In this document: positions 50,680 through 59,951 of the stretch, one piece after another
Numbering within the stretch: the first letter of the stretch is position 1
Layout of the letters: each line of letters opens with the position of its first letter
Source of the DNA: Aureliella sp.
Lineage (GTDB): Bacteria > Planctomycetota > Planctomycetia > Pirellulales > Pirellulaceae
Direction: 5' to 3'
NCBI GenBank assembly: GCA_963691875.1
Contig: OY829846.1
Coordinates: 2,304,001 to 2,368,000, forward strand
DNA length: 64,000 bases
Position numbers and translations under genes: made by a program
Notes under the pieces: generated by a model
What the model saw: the letters and a program-made list of their open reading frames with translations, nothing else
The model's database searches: none
What the model was told of the DNA's origin: nothing

Positions 50680-51800
50680 GTTCAAGCCACGAGAGGGCGG
50701 CAACCATGTGCGGTAGCGTTTGATGTGCTGAGATCTTGCGGATGTCCTTCTCCGCTTCGAGGAACGCGTAGGACAAACGGCAAGATGTTGCTTCCGACTC
50801 CGTAGGAGAGCGCGTTACATGACCTATCTTCCGACATATATTCCAAAATGAGTCTGAATCGCATTGGTGCTTAGTATTGAGCTATGCAGTGTCAGCAGGT
50901 CTTCGCAGGCCTCCTTGAAGTTTCGAAACGCTCCGAATTGATCGGTTCCCAAATGGACTTCAGTTCGCGAAGCAATTCGTCCGCCGCTTGAGGCCCCTGA
51001 ACACTACGTAGCCGAGTAAACAAACCTGACACTTCGCCCCAATAACGCTTGGTGCGTTTCCTTTTGAGGTTTCGTTCTTTTTGAACCAAGCAACTTTGGA
51101 CGGCACTGACGTTGAAGAATTTCTGTACGAGGCCTTGCAGACCGTCGAGAACGACGTTCCAGCGATGCTCGCATCGGAAACCTCGTTTTACGATTTGCCC
51201 TAACCATTCACCTTTGATCGCAAGGCTTTCGCTGCTCCCGAGGGCAAAATTCGAGATGTGCTTGTTGCCGCTGGCACCGATCCCAAGTTCGGCGAAGGCT
51301 GTCTATTCATTGCTCAAGCAGATGCTACCGAGCATCAAACCACACCACCTCGCCTGACCAAGAGCCTTGCTTCGCGGTTCATCAACATACTTTGGCCAAA
51401 GTCGCGAAACAGGCAAACGCTTCACTGACGGAGATTGGGGGATTCTCTTCGATAGCTCGCGTCCTGCCCCCTGGAACAATCGACTGCACAATCAGAACCT
51501 ATAGCAGTTGAGGATCGTTAGCGACCGTGTAGCTGGTGAGTTCGACTTTGCGGCTGGTACCGTCAGCTGCTCTTTGACGGTCTCGTGAACAAAAGACTTT
51601 TCCCTTTGCACCCTCCATCAGCACACACCCTGAAGCAGTAGCAGCATGGAAATCCTACAGCGATGGGGGATAGCGTTTGGACCGGCCAAGTTCCGTGACC
51701 TCCGCCGCCATGACTTTGGAGATCACCTCCCGCACACGGCCTCGCAAGAAGTCGCGAAGCACGCTCGTCTCCGCAGGAGCCAGCCAAACCAATCGTTAAG
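50680..51800 (-). mobile_element. Heavily decayed IS256-family (Mutator-like) transposase remnant
   Basis: Ordered fragments across frames: RDFLRGRVREVISKVMAAEVTEL; DGTSRKVELTSY; VSRLW; LMLGSI; LGIGASGNKHISNFALGSSES; VVLDG; VQSCLVQKERN; STNAI; LSYAFLEAEKDIRKI. Ends approximate. Confidence 0.82.
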
Positions 51801-52017
51801 TAGGAAGCAACGCTGAAACCAGTAAATGCGGTGGCCCCATAGCCGACTTAGTCCAAGCTCAGATAGAAATCTGCACAAAATCAACTCGCGCACGTTTGAT
51901 ACAAAATCACGATCGTAGCGCTATGCACAGTTCGACGTGGAGGATCAATCGGAATCTGGTAAATCAGCTGCTCCGCGAGAACTTCATTGGTCTGGCAGAG
52001 AGCCACGGGTTGCCGAC

Positions 52018-53604
52018 TCATCTTCCTACTATCGGTCCTGCGGCGGCGATTGCTGGGCTACTTTGCTGGTCAAAGGCACCGAAGTTCTCATGGAATAGCT
52101 TTGCTAGCTTGAGCGCTGCGACATCGTAAGCTTGCTTATTCAACCAAGTTTCCCTGGGCTGAAGAATTTCCGAGTCAACATTGGGACAAGTCGTCGGAAC
52201 CTGGAATCCAAAATTCGAGTCTTGGACCGTTTCCGCTTCCGCCAAAGCTCCACTATGAATGGCATCGATAATGCCACGAGTATTCTGCAGTGACATCCGG
52301 CGCCCTGTTCCGTAACCTCCACCGCTCCACCCGGTGTTTACGAGCCACACGTTGGTGCCATGCTGCTCAATCTTCTCGGCCAACAGCTCGGCGTACTTGG
52401 AAGGATGCCAGACCATAAAGGCTGCACCAAAGCAAGTTGAGAAAGTAGCGGTCGGTTCGGTAACGCCCATCTCCGTTCCCGCCACTTTTGCTGTGTAGCC
52501 ACTGATGAAGTGGTACATGGCTTGATCGGACGTCAGCTTGCTTACTGGCGGAAGAACCCCAAAGGCATCACAGGTCAAGAAGATGATGTTCTTCGGATGT
52601 CCACCGACGCAAGGAATCTTGGCTCTCGGAATGAACTCAATCGGATAAGCGACTCGCGTGTTTTCTGTGATGGACGCGTCGTCATAGTGGACACGATGTG
52701 TGGCTGGATCGTAAACCACGTTCTCGAGCACGGAGCCGAATCGAATCGCATCAAAAATCTCAGGCTCGCTGTTCTTGGTCAGCCCGATGACTTTGGCGTA
52801 ACATCCGCCTTCAATGTTGAATACGCCTTCTTTCGTCCAACAATGCTCGTCGTCTCCGATCAGCATACGAGCTGGATCGGCGGACAAAGTTGTCTTCCCT
52901 GTGCCGCTGAGCCCAAAGAACAAGGTCACATCGCCCGACTCACCTTCATTGGCAGAGCAGTGCATGGACAGGACGCCTTGACGAGGCATCAAGTAATTCA
53001 TGATCGTGAACACGCCCTTCTTCATCTCGCCTGCGTACTGCGTGCCGAGAATGACGAATTCGCGTTGCTCGAAGCTCAGATCCACACTCGTACGGCTGGT
53101 CATCTGAGCCGTATAGGGATTCGCCGGGAAGTGCCCTGCGTTGTAGATGGTATAGTCCGGCGTGCCGAAGTTCTGCAGCTCTTCTTCCGTGGGACGAATT
53201 AGCATGTTCTGCATGAAAAGAGCGTGATAAGCACTGCAGCAGATAACGCGAATCTTCAATCGATAGCGTGGATCCCAACCTGCGTATCCATCCGTCACGA
53301 ACAAGCGATCTTGCATGTTCATATAGTCGCAGGCGCGCTGGCGATTAATCATGAAAGATCGTTCGGTCAGCCGAATATTGATATCGCCCCACCAAATGTC
53401 TTCGGCCGTCGATGGAGCTTCGACGATTCGCTTGTCCTTGGGGCTCCTACCGGTCTTGTCTCCACTCCGCGTCGCCAACGCACCGCTCGACGCGATAACC
53501 GCATCTTCGTCTTGGATCGCAAACTCGTATAAACGGGCGGTGGTTGCGTTGCGGATGACGTTCTGAACACGAATGCCATAGGTTGAGAGGTCGATGGACG
53601 ACAC
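52018..53604 (-). CDS. pckA: Phosphoenolpyruvate carboxykinase (ATP)
   Basis: [37 protein letters not shown] and EGGCYAK. Confidence 0.97.
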   Translation of the reverse strand: MSSIDLSTYGIRVQNVIRNATTARLYEFAIQDEDAVIASSGALATRSGDKTGRSPKDKRIVEAPSTAEDIWWGDINIRLTERSFMINRQRACDYMNMQDRLFVTDGYAGWDPRYRLKIRVICCSAYHALFMQNMLIRPTEEELQNFGTPDYTIYNAGHFPANPYTAQMTSRTSVDLSFEQREFVILGTQYAGEMKKGVFTIMNYLMPRQGVLSMHCSANEGESGDVTLFFGLSGTGKTTLSADPARMLIGDDEHCWTKEGVFNIEGGCYAKVIGLTKNSEPEIFDAIRFGSVLENVVYDPATHRVHYDDASITENTRVAYPIEFIPRAKIPCVGGHPKNIIFLTCDAFGVLPPVSKLTSDQAMYHFISGYTAKVAGTEMGVTEPTATFSTCFGAAFMVWHPSKYAELLAEKIEQHGTNVWLVNTGWSGGGYGTGRRMSLQNTRGIIDAIHSGALAEAETVQDSNFGFQVPTTCPNVDSEILQPRETWLNKQAYDVAALKLAKLFHENFGAFDQQSSPAIAAAGPIVGR

Positions 53605-54015
53605 TAGAATTACTCCGAGATCAAGGGGAAAGAACCAATAGGAAGAGCGGGGGAGTATGTTTCGTCATATGAAGCCAAGAGGACGCCGGGATAATTTACG
53701 TCAGGCCAGAAGTTTGGGATTCTATTCCATGGAACAAAAAGCGAAAGCCGAAAACCTTCCAGTTCTTTTCAAAAGTTTTAATCGGCACCAACATCCAAGG
53801 AATCGCCCTTCTTTCGCCGGTGCATGCTACCGCAAATAGCCATGGCCCTGCTCGCAGTTCATGGGCTCTGATTAGAATCCGCCACCTCATCGCGCGCAGT
53901 ACTACGGCAACGCGCCGGTTGCTTGCGGGATAGTGCGGCTCAAGTCCCCAAGCACTGGGTCTCCTGGCAAAAGAGGCGGCGTATTTTCATTTTCGCCAAA
54001 GACTCCTGACCTAGG

Positions 54016-56016
54016 CTAGGAATAAGGCTTTCGCCCCTTGCGTCGATAGAAGAACTTAAGAACCAAGTCTTCACTTGGCGGCGCACTCAATAAGCAAACA
54101 GCAATCGCGACGATGGCGGACAGTCCCAAGCCGAAAAGAAATGGCGTGAGTCCTAACGGCTCCCAGGCTTCCATTTTACCCGACTGCAAATAGCCCACTC
54201 CGTACAAAACAATGTTACTGAGGAAGCCAGTCATCATACCTGCCAAAGCTCCCGCCGAATTAAAGCGTGGCCAATAGAGTGCCAAGGTCACTGGGACCAG
54301 GAATGCCGTTGCCAAGCCACTGCCGGTAAAGACGATGATGTCCTGTAGGAATTGCGGTGGATTGATGGCGGCTATCATCGCCAAGATGCCTACAACGAAG
54401 GTTGTTCCATAGGTAAGGATCTTGGTCGTCTTTTCCGTGGGATCTGGTTGAATCCACCGTACATAGATATCACGAATGACTGAGGAACTAACGAGCAGCA
54501 GACTGCTGTCCATCGTCGACATCACCGCAGCGAAGGGCGCGGCCACCAACAGCCCAGCCAACCACGGAACCCCGAACAATGAGGTCACTGTGCTGGCCAT
54601 CTCCGGCATGATGCGATCCGACTCCGCCTCCATCCCGGGCAGCAGAGTCCGTGCACAGCAGAAAATGATAACGATCGGAAAGTAGATAAGAGAATAGTAG
54701 ACGGAGACGGTAAAGATGGCTTTGCTCAAGGTCTTCGAATCTCGGAAGGCGATGCAGCGTACCATGTTGCTCGGCTGTCCCGCCCCGGCCAAACACCAAA
54801 AGAAAAAGAAAGAGATCGCAGCCGAAAAAGGTAAGAAGTCCGTTTGCTCCTTGATCTCGCTCTCACCTTCTTTACGCGTTTCCCAGGCCGGGCCTGGCAG
54901 CGAAACGTAACCTCCCGCTGGAACCTCCGGCTGAAGAATCTCACTCTGCATTTCATCCATCCGAAATACGAGCTTGCGATCGGCTTCGCTGAGTCCCAAA
55001 TCGGTCGGCAGAAGGCTTCCGGCCACCAAAGGCTGATCAGCATCCGACGCCACAGAAACCAACTTGCCTAGATCATTGAGCTTAGCGGCTTCGGCCAAAC
55101 GAAAGGTCCGTACATTGCCTTCGAAAAGCACGGCGAGCCGGGCGTTCTTGCTGAACGCACGCCGCTGGTCAATTGCCTCTTCAGAGACCGTCGATAGCGA
55201 AACCAACGGCAATGACGTCGGCGTATCGAGGATCAAGTCGTTTGTACTGTTCCTCAATCCCCCCACGGCAATCAACGTCATCGGCAGCAGGACGAGGATG
55301 CCAAGAACCATAACAAATCCTTGTAGCACGTCAGTCCAAACGACGGCTCTAAACCCTCCGTAAGTGGTGTAGACAACGACGCCAAAAGCAAAAACACCGA
55401 GGCACAGTAAATAGGCGGGATCGACGCTTGCAGTCCAACTTATCGACTCGGTGAACCCACCAAGGCTCGCCGCAGCTGACTGAAAGAAAGGAACGTCACT
55501 CAGCAGGGTTTGCAAAATGACACTGCCGCCTTTGAACTGCGCGATCAAATTGAAAGTCGTAAAAAAGACGATCAGCAGAGTTGCAAACAGCCCCAGTGTT
55601 GGACTGCGAAATCTCTCTAAGATCAAATCTGGAATCGTGATCGCATCGGTCTTTCGAGCGATCTGATTGAGTCGTTTTGCCAGCAGGCCCATCGCCACCA
55701 GCGGCACAAGCATGTAACTACCGATCCAGAGAGCCAAACTCCAGCCGTGAGTGTAGACTTTGGACGGAAATCCAATAAAGCTACCGCCCGAAGCACTCGT
55801 TGCAGCAAAGGTCAAGGCAAAGGCCCACACTCCGAGGTTTCGTCCGCCAAGAAAGTACTCCTTTAGAAAGGTGCTCTTCTGCGCCACGCGACTGGACAAC
55901 CACGCGAGAAACATGACTATGCACATATAGCCCATGAAAGCGATGATCGCAGCGTTGGAGCCTGAACTCTGTGCTAGTGGAATCGAGAAACTCAGTGAGG
56001 TGAACGACTCAAGCAT
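54016..56016 (-). CDS. panF: Sodium:solute symporter, PanF-like, with a large soluble insert
   Basis: EYFLGGR, SGGSFIG, GGFRAVVWTD and AAVMSTMDS; coupled to the upstream DUF997 gene as in yhdT-panF. Substrate unproven. Confidence 0.75.
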   Translation of the reverse strand: MLESFTSLSFSIPLAQSSGSNAAIIAFMGYMCIVMFLAWLSSRVAQKSTFLKEYFLGGRNLGVWAFALTFAATSASGGSFIGFPSKVYTHGWSLALWIGSYMLVPLVAMGLLAKRLNQIARKTDAITIPDLILERFRSPTLGLFATLLIVFFTTFNLIAQFKGGSVILQTLLSDVPFFQSAAASLGGFTESISWTASVDPAYLLCLGVFAFGVVVYTTYGGFRAVVWTDVLQGFVMVLGILVLLPMTLIAVGGLRNSTNDLILDTPTSLPLVSLSTVSEEAIDQRRAFSKNARLAVLFEGNVRTFRLAEAAKLNDLGKLVSVASDADQPLVAGSLLPTDLGLSEADRKLVFRMDEMQSEILQPEVPAGGYVSLPGPAWETRKEGESEIKEQTDFLPFSAAISFFFFWCLAGAGQPSNMVRCIAFRDSKTLSKAIFTVSVYYSLIYFPIVIIFCCARTLLPGMEAESDRIMPEMASTVTSLFGVPWLAGLLVAAPFAAVMSTMDSSLLLVSSSVIRDIYVRWIQPDPTEKTTKILTYGTTFVVGILAMIAAINPPQFLQDIIVFTGSGLATAFLVPVTLALYWPRFNSAGALAGMMTGFLSNIVLYGVGYLQSGKMEAWEPLGLTPFLFGLGLSAIVAIAVCLLSAPPSEDLVLKFFYRRKGRKPYS

Positions 56017-56374
56017 CCTGCACCTCGTCACCATCCGTTTTCAATTCCGCCTCTGCCCCCACATTATCATCTTCAGCTTCGTCGTCGAGCGGATCATTTT
56101 TCATAAAACCAAAGCAGAACCAAGCGGTGACTATATTGGCCAGCAGCCACGGAAGCAGCACTCCCCAAGCCACCCAATTTGGCATCCCAAACATCGTCCG
56201 GATTCTGCTGAGATTCCCATCCTCAGGAAGGCGGCCGAGCAAGAATGATGCAGTGATACTGTAGACTCCGAATACAAGAAAAATTCCCATGATCACCCAA
56301 GCCTCTCGCCTCGAATGGACGAAGACAGGGTCAAGCTCATATTGGTCACTCTCATATTGGTCATTATCACGCAT
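56009..56374 (-). CDS. DUF997 (YhdT-like) small membrane protein
   Basis: SRREA, two TM helices, FGMPNW and MKNDPL; overlaps the symporter start. Confidence 0.82.
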   Translation of the reverse strand: MRDNDQYESDQYELDPVFVHSRREAWVIMGIFLVFGVYSITASFLLGRLPEDGNLSRIRTMFGMPNWVAWGVLLPWLLANIVTAWFCFGFMKNDPLDDEAEDDNVGAEAELKTDGDEVQDA

Positions 56375-56632
56375 CAAAAAAGTGCCTTCTCAGCAGGGCA
56401 AGTCCGCAGAGCCCGAGTGTTGGCTCTGCCATTCAGATCCTGAATCGTATCACGATTGCAAGCCGCAAAATAGCAGCAGGCTACCATAAATAGTCCACGA
56501 TGTAGGCCGATAACGGGCGCTGCGCTGTTACGGCTTTTCAAACGCCGTCCCACACCACCTTTCGGTTGCATTTGCAAGCTGCCTACGTCATCCTGTGACT
56601 CACATTCCTTTCCCACCCTCCTGGACTTTCCG

Positions 56633-57349
56633 ATGTACACAACTGACTGCGCACACAAGGCTTGGAAACATTGCTTCTTGGTAGTTGCCCTCACTACACT
56701 CCCTTTCAGCTCGCCCACATTGGCCCAAGAAGAAAAGCTGTTCGACGGCAAGTCGCTCGACCACTGGGACTTCACCAAGAACGGCTGGTACATCTCTGAG
56801 GGATCGATGACTTGCCGGATGCAAATGATCAAGCAAAAGAACGGCGACATCCGCAAGCGAGGAATGGGCTACATTTGGTCGAAGAGACAGTACCAGGACT
56901 TCGAGCTAAAACTATTTTATAAACTCTCCGAAGCGGCCAATAGCGGCGTTTTCTTTCGCACCGACAAAGACAATCCAGTGCAGGGCGGATTTGAGATCCA
57001 GCTGATGGACGATGCGGGCTACCAAAAGCGCAGCGGCAAGAAAGACCCAAAGAACCTCAACGGCGCATTTTACGATTGCCAAGCCGCTTCAAAGGACACG
57101 CAGAAACCAGCCGGCAAGTGGAATCAGTTTCAACTCACTTGCAAGGGCTCGAAGCTCAGTGTCAAACTCAATGGCGAGTTGGTCAACGAAGCTGACATCT
57201 CTCGCTGGGATACCGCTCGCAAAAATCCAGATGGCTCCGCCAACAAATTCAGAACTGCGCTGAAAGATCTCCCCCGCACCGGCTACATCGGATTCCAGAA
57301 TCATGGCCAACAAGTCTGGTTCAAAGATGTGACGATTCGGGGACTTTAG
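56633..57349 (+). CDS. DUF1080 (3-keto-disaccharide hydrolase-like) exported protein
   Basis: LFDGKSLDHW, NSGVFFR, EIQLMDD, GKWN and GYIGFQNHG..VWFKDV. Confidence 0.92.
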   Translation: MYTTDCAHKAWKHCFLVVALTTLPFSSPTLAQEEKLFDGKSLDHWDFTKNGWYISEGSMTCRMQMIKQKNGDIRKRGMGYIWSKRQYQDFELKLFYKLSEAANSGVFFRTDKDNPVQGGFEIQLMDDAGYQKRSGKKDPKNLNGAFYDCQAASKDTQKPAGKWNQFQLTCKGSKLSVKLNGELVNEADISRWDTARKNPDGSANKFRTALKDLPRTGYIGFQNHGQQVWFKDVTIRGL

Positions 57350-58108
57350 GTAACTGTCCTGTTCTCACCTAAGGCCAATCATATCGCTCGATTTGCGAGT
57401 CGAGCTTAGCCTTTACGCATTTCCCTGACGACATCTCGAAACCAGGATTCGGTCACCTGGGGCCAACTAACACTAGGCAGGAATCGCCGGCGAAAGCCAG
57501 CACTCACGTCACGCTGCATGTTGCCTGATCGCAGCGATGAAACTTGGGGCAATTCCCTGCGTTTCGGTTTCAAGCAGTCGGCCCAACTGCTCATCTTTAG
57601 TGACGTCGTAACCAAATGTTTTCATGGCGAAAAGAAAATACTGATTGGACTCATTTACGGTGCATTCTATTGAACAAGCCGACGAAATATAAACAAAGCT
57701 CTCGTGAGTCGGACACACGCAGTGGGGCGAACCTCTGCTCCAAGTGTTCTCAGAACTCTAGCAGCAAACGGATTTCAAATTCCCCATGAAAGATGCCCCA
57801 TCCAAACTCATCGTCGCCCTTCAGAATCATTTCGACTCTTAACCTCCCTCGATCGTCGCAAATCTCCTCCGCAAAACAAACTTCGCGATTGCTCTCAAAT
57901 CTGACGATCTGCGTTGGCGGAAAGGAAGCCGCATATTCCGCAACTTGAGTCGCGGCGTATGCCGGGCGCCCCCAAGCACATCGCTGGACTGAACCACAGA
58001 CTCAGGAATTGCTGGACAGGTAACGATTGCTCAATGTTCGTTCTTCTTGGCCCAAAACTGTTTCACCGTTGCACCCTCTCGGCAAAGGGGGAATCAGAAG
58101 AGCAATAT

Positions 58109-58178
58109 GTGAGCCGACATTGCTAGCCACGGGCTAACGCTTTCTTGGTGCAACCGGACGGTAGCGCGTCCGGCTCAG
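58109..58178. repeat. REP-like palindromic element
   Basis: TGAGCCG..TAGCCACGG ... CCGGACG-GTAGCG-CGTCCGG-CTCA; terminal TGAGCCG/CGGCTCA complementarity. Confidence 0.5.
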
Positions 58179-58305
58179 CTCACCAATGTGAAATAATGAA
58201 TGGCCCTGCCTCTCGGCATTCTTCACAGAACAACAGTCTAACATTTGCACTATAATACATGGCGACCCTCAACTTCTATTGCTCTTTCCTCCAAGGAGCC
58301 TCACT

Positions 58306-59583
58306 TTGACCTCACAACTCAATCGTAGAAATCTGCTCGCAACAAGCTCTGCCGTCGCAGTCTCCTCGTTTCTTCCTCGAACCAGTGATGCCAGTGGCCC
58401 TAATGAGTCCCTGAACATCGCTTGTATCGGTGTTGGCGGTCGTGGCTCGGCCAACGTCGGCGGCGTTGGAAAGGAAAATATCATCGCGATGGTGGATGTC
58501 GATGAAAAACGGGCCGGCAAGTCCTTTGAGAAGCACCCGAAAGCGCAGAAGTTCAAGGACTACCGCAAGATGCTCGACGGCTTGGGCAGCAAGCTGGACG
58601 CTGTGGTGATCAGCACTCCAGACCACACGCACTTCCATCCCGCATATGCCGCGATGCAACTCGGCTTGCACGTGTACTTAGAGAAGCCACTAGCGCACAA
58701 CGTATGGGAGACAAGGACTCTCACCGATCTGGCAAGCGAAAACAAACTCGCCACGCAACTCGGTGCTCAGCGACATGCGATTCCGAACATGCACCGCGTA
58801 GTGGAGCTGATTCAGTCAGGAGCAATCGGGAAAGTCACTGAGGTCCACAGTTGGGTCGGTGGAAGTCGCGGCATGCCCGCGATTCCCAAGGACAAACCGC
58901 CTGTTCCTGCCACTTTGGATTACGACCTCTGGCTTGGGCCAGTTGCGGGACGACCTTACCATCCAAGCTTCTGCCCATATGGCTGGCGATTTTGGTGGGA
59001 CTTTGGAACAGGCGAGACCGGCAATTGGGGATGTCACATTTTGGACATTCCATTCTGGGCCTTGGGGCTCAAGTATCCGTCTCGCGTGAAAGCAGCTGGA
59101 CCTGAGCCCGACCGAGAGCGAACGAGCAAGGCGATGCACTGCGAATACTTGTTCCCGACCTCGAATCAGAATTCAATGGTGAAGCTGCATTGGTATCACG
59201 GGAAACCTCCCATTCTCGAAAAGTTGGGTGTGCCTGAGAAAGGCAACAATACTTTGTTTATAGGAGAGCAGGGTATGCTGGCCTGCGGTTTCAGCAAGTT
59301 GCAGTTGCTTCCCGAAGAAAAGTTCCAGAACTTCACAGCTCCCGACAAATTCATTCCCGACTCGCCAGGATTCCATCGTGAGTGGATCAACGCTTGCAAA
59401 GGTGGTGATCCTGCGACTTGCAATTTCGATTACTCGGGCCCGCTTGCCGAAACCGTTTTGCTAGGAAATGTTGCTTTCCGCGCTGGTAACTTCGAGTGGG
59501 ATTCGGAGAACTTGAAGACCAAAGGCAATGAAAAAGCCCAAGCCTTGATTCGCGAATCCTATCGCTCGGGGTGGGAAGTTTAG
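58306..59583 (+). CDS. Gfo/Idh/MocA oxidoreductase (Tat signal)
   Basis: NRRNLL, IGVGGRG, STPDHTH, YLEKPL and WGCHILD; TTG start after AAGGAG. Confidence 0.93.
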   Translation: MTSQLNRRNLLATSSAVAVSSFLPRTSDASGPNESLNIACIGVGGRGSANVGGVGKENIIAMVDVDEKRAGKSFEKHPKAQKFKDYRKMLDGLGSKLDAVVISTPDHTHFHPAYAAMQLGLHVYLEKPLAHNVWETRTLTDLASENKLATQLGAQRHAIPNMHRVVELIQSGAIGKVTEVHSWVGGSRGMPAIPKDKPPVPATLDYDLWLGPVAGRPYHPSFCPYGWRFWWDFGTGETGNWGCHILDIPFWALGLKYPSRVKAAGPEPDRERTSKAMHCEYLFPTSNQNSMVKLHWYHGKPPILEKLGVPEKGNNTLFIGEQGMLACGFSKLQLLPEEKFQNFTAPDKFIPDSPGFHREWINACKGGDPATCNFDYSGPLAETVLLGNVAFRAGNFEWDSENLKTKGNEKAQALIRESYRSGWEV

Positions 59584-59664
59584 CAGTCCGTCGGTCGAAA
59601 ACGAGGGAAAGGCCGCGGTGCTGTTTCGGAAACGCAAAGACACGCGTCACCCAAGGCATCAACC

Positions 59665-59803
59665 CTAGCGGAAGTCGTCAAGACTTTCGACAGTCATCCG
59701 ACGCGATGCCACGCGAACTTGGACGAAGACACCAAGCCCTTGACAAGCTCAGCTACTCGAATCTGCGATGAATAAGCAGCTGAGCTTTGACGGCTTCCGC
59801 TAC
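59665..59803. repeat. Cluster of GTAG-type REP-like inverted repeats
   Basis: TAGCGGAAGTCGTCAAG (59666) is inverted to TTTGACGGCTTCCGCTAC (59786); inner TTGACAAGCTCAGCTAC / GCAGCTGAGCTT pair. Confidence 0.7.
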
Positions 59804-59951
59804 TACAAGGGGCGACCACTGTGCTCAGAAAGTACAATTCCATACGGTGTTCGGCGAAGACTCGGCGGGCCGAACAATGTATCACCGACTTAATACGCGG
59901 ATGTTCTTCCAGCTTGCCAATTTTAGCAACTCAGTCGTACAAAGAGCCTTA

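Noticed and set aside
56336..56363. 15-bp-period duplication CTCATATTGGTCA (DQYESDQYE)
   Set aside because: Two-copy in-frame duplication in a variable N-terminus; no sign of function.
57840..57960. LLRKTNFAIALKSDDLRWRKGSRIFRNL resembles a cytochrome P450 C-terminus
   Set aside because: No FGxGxHxC heme motif was found upstream; likely chance.
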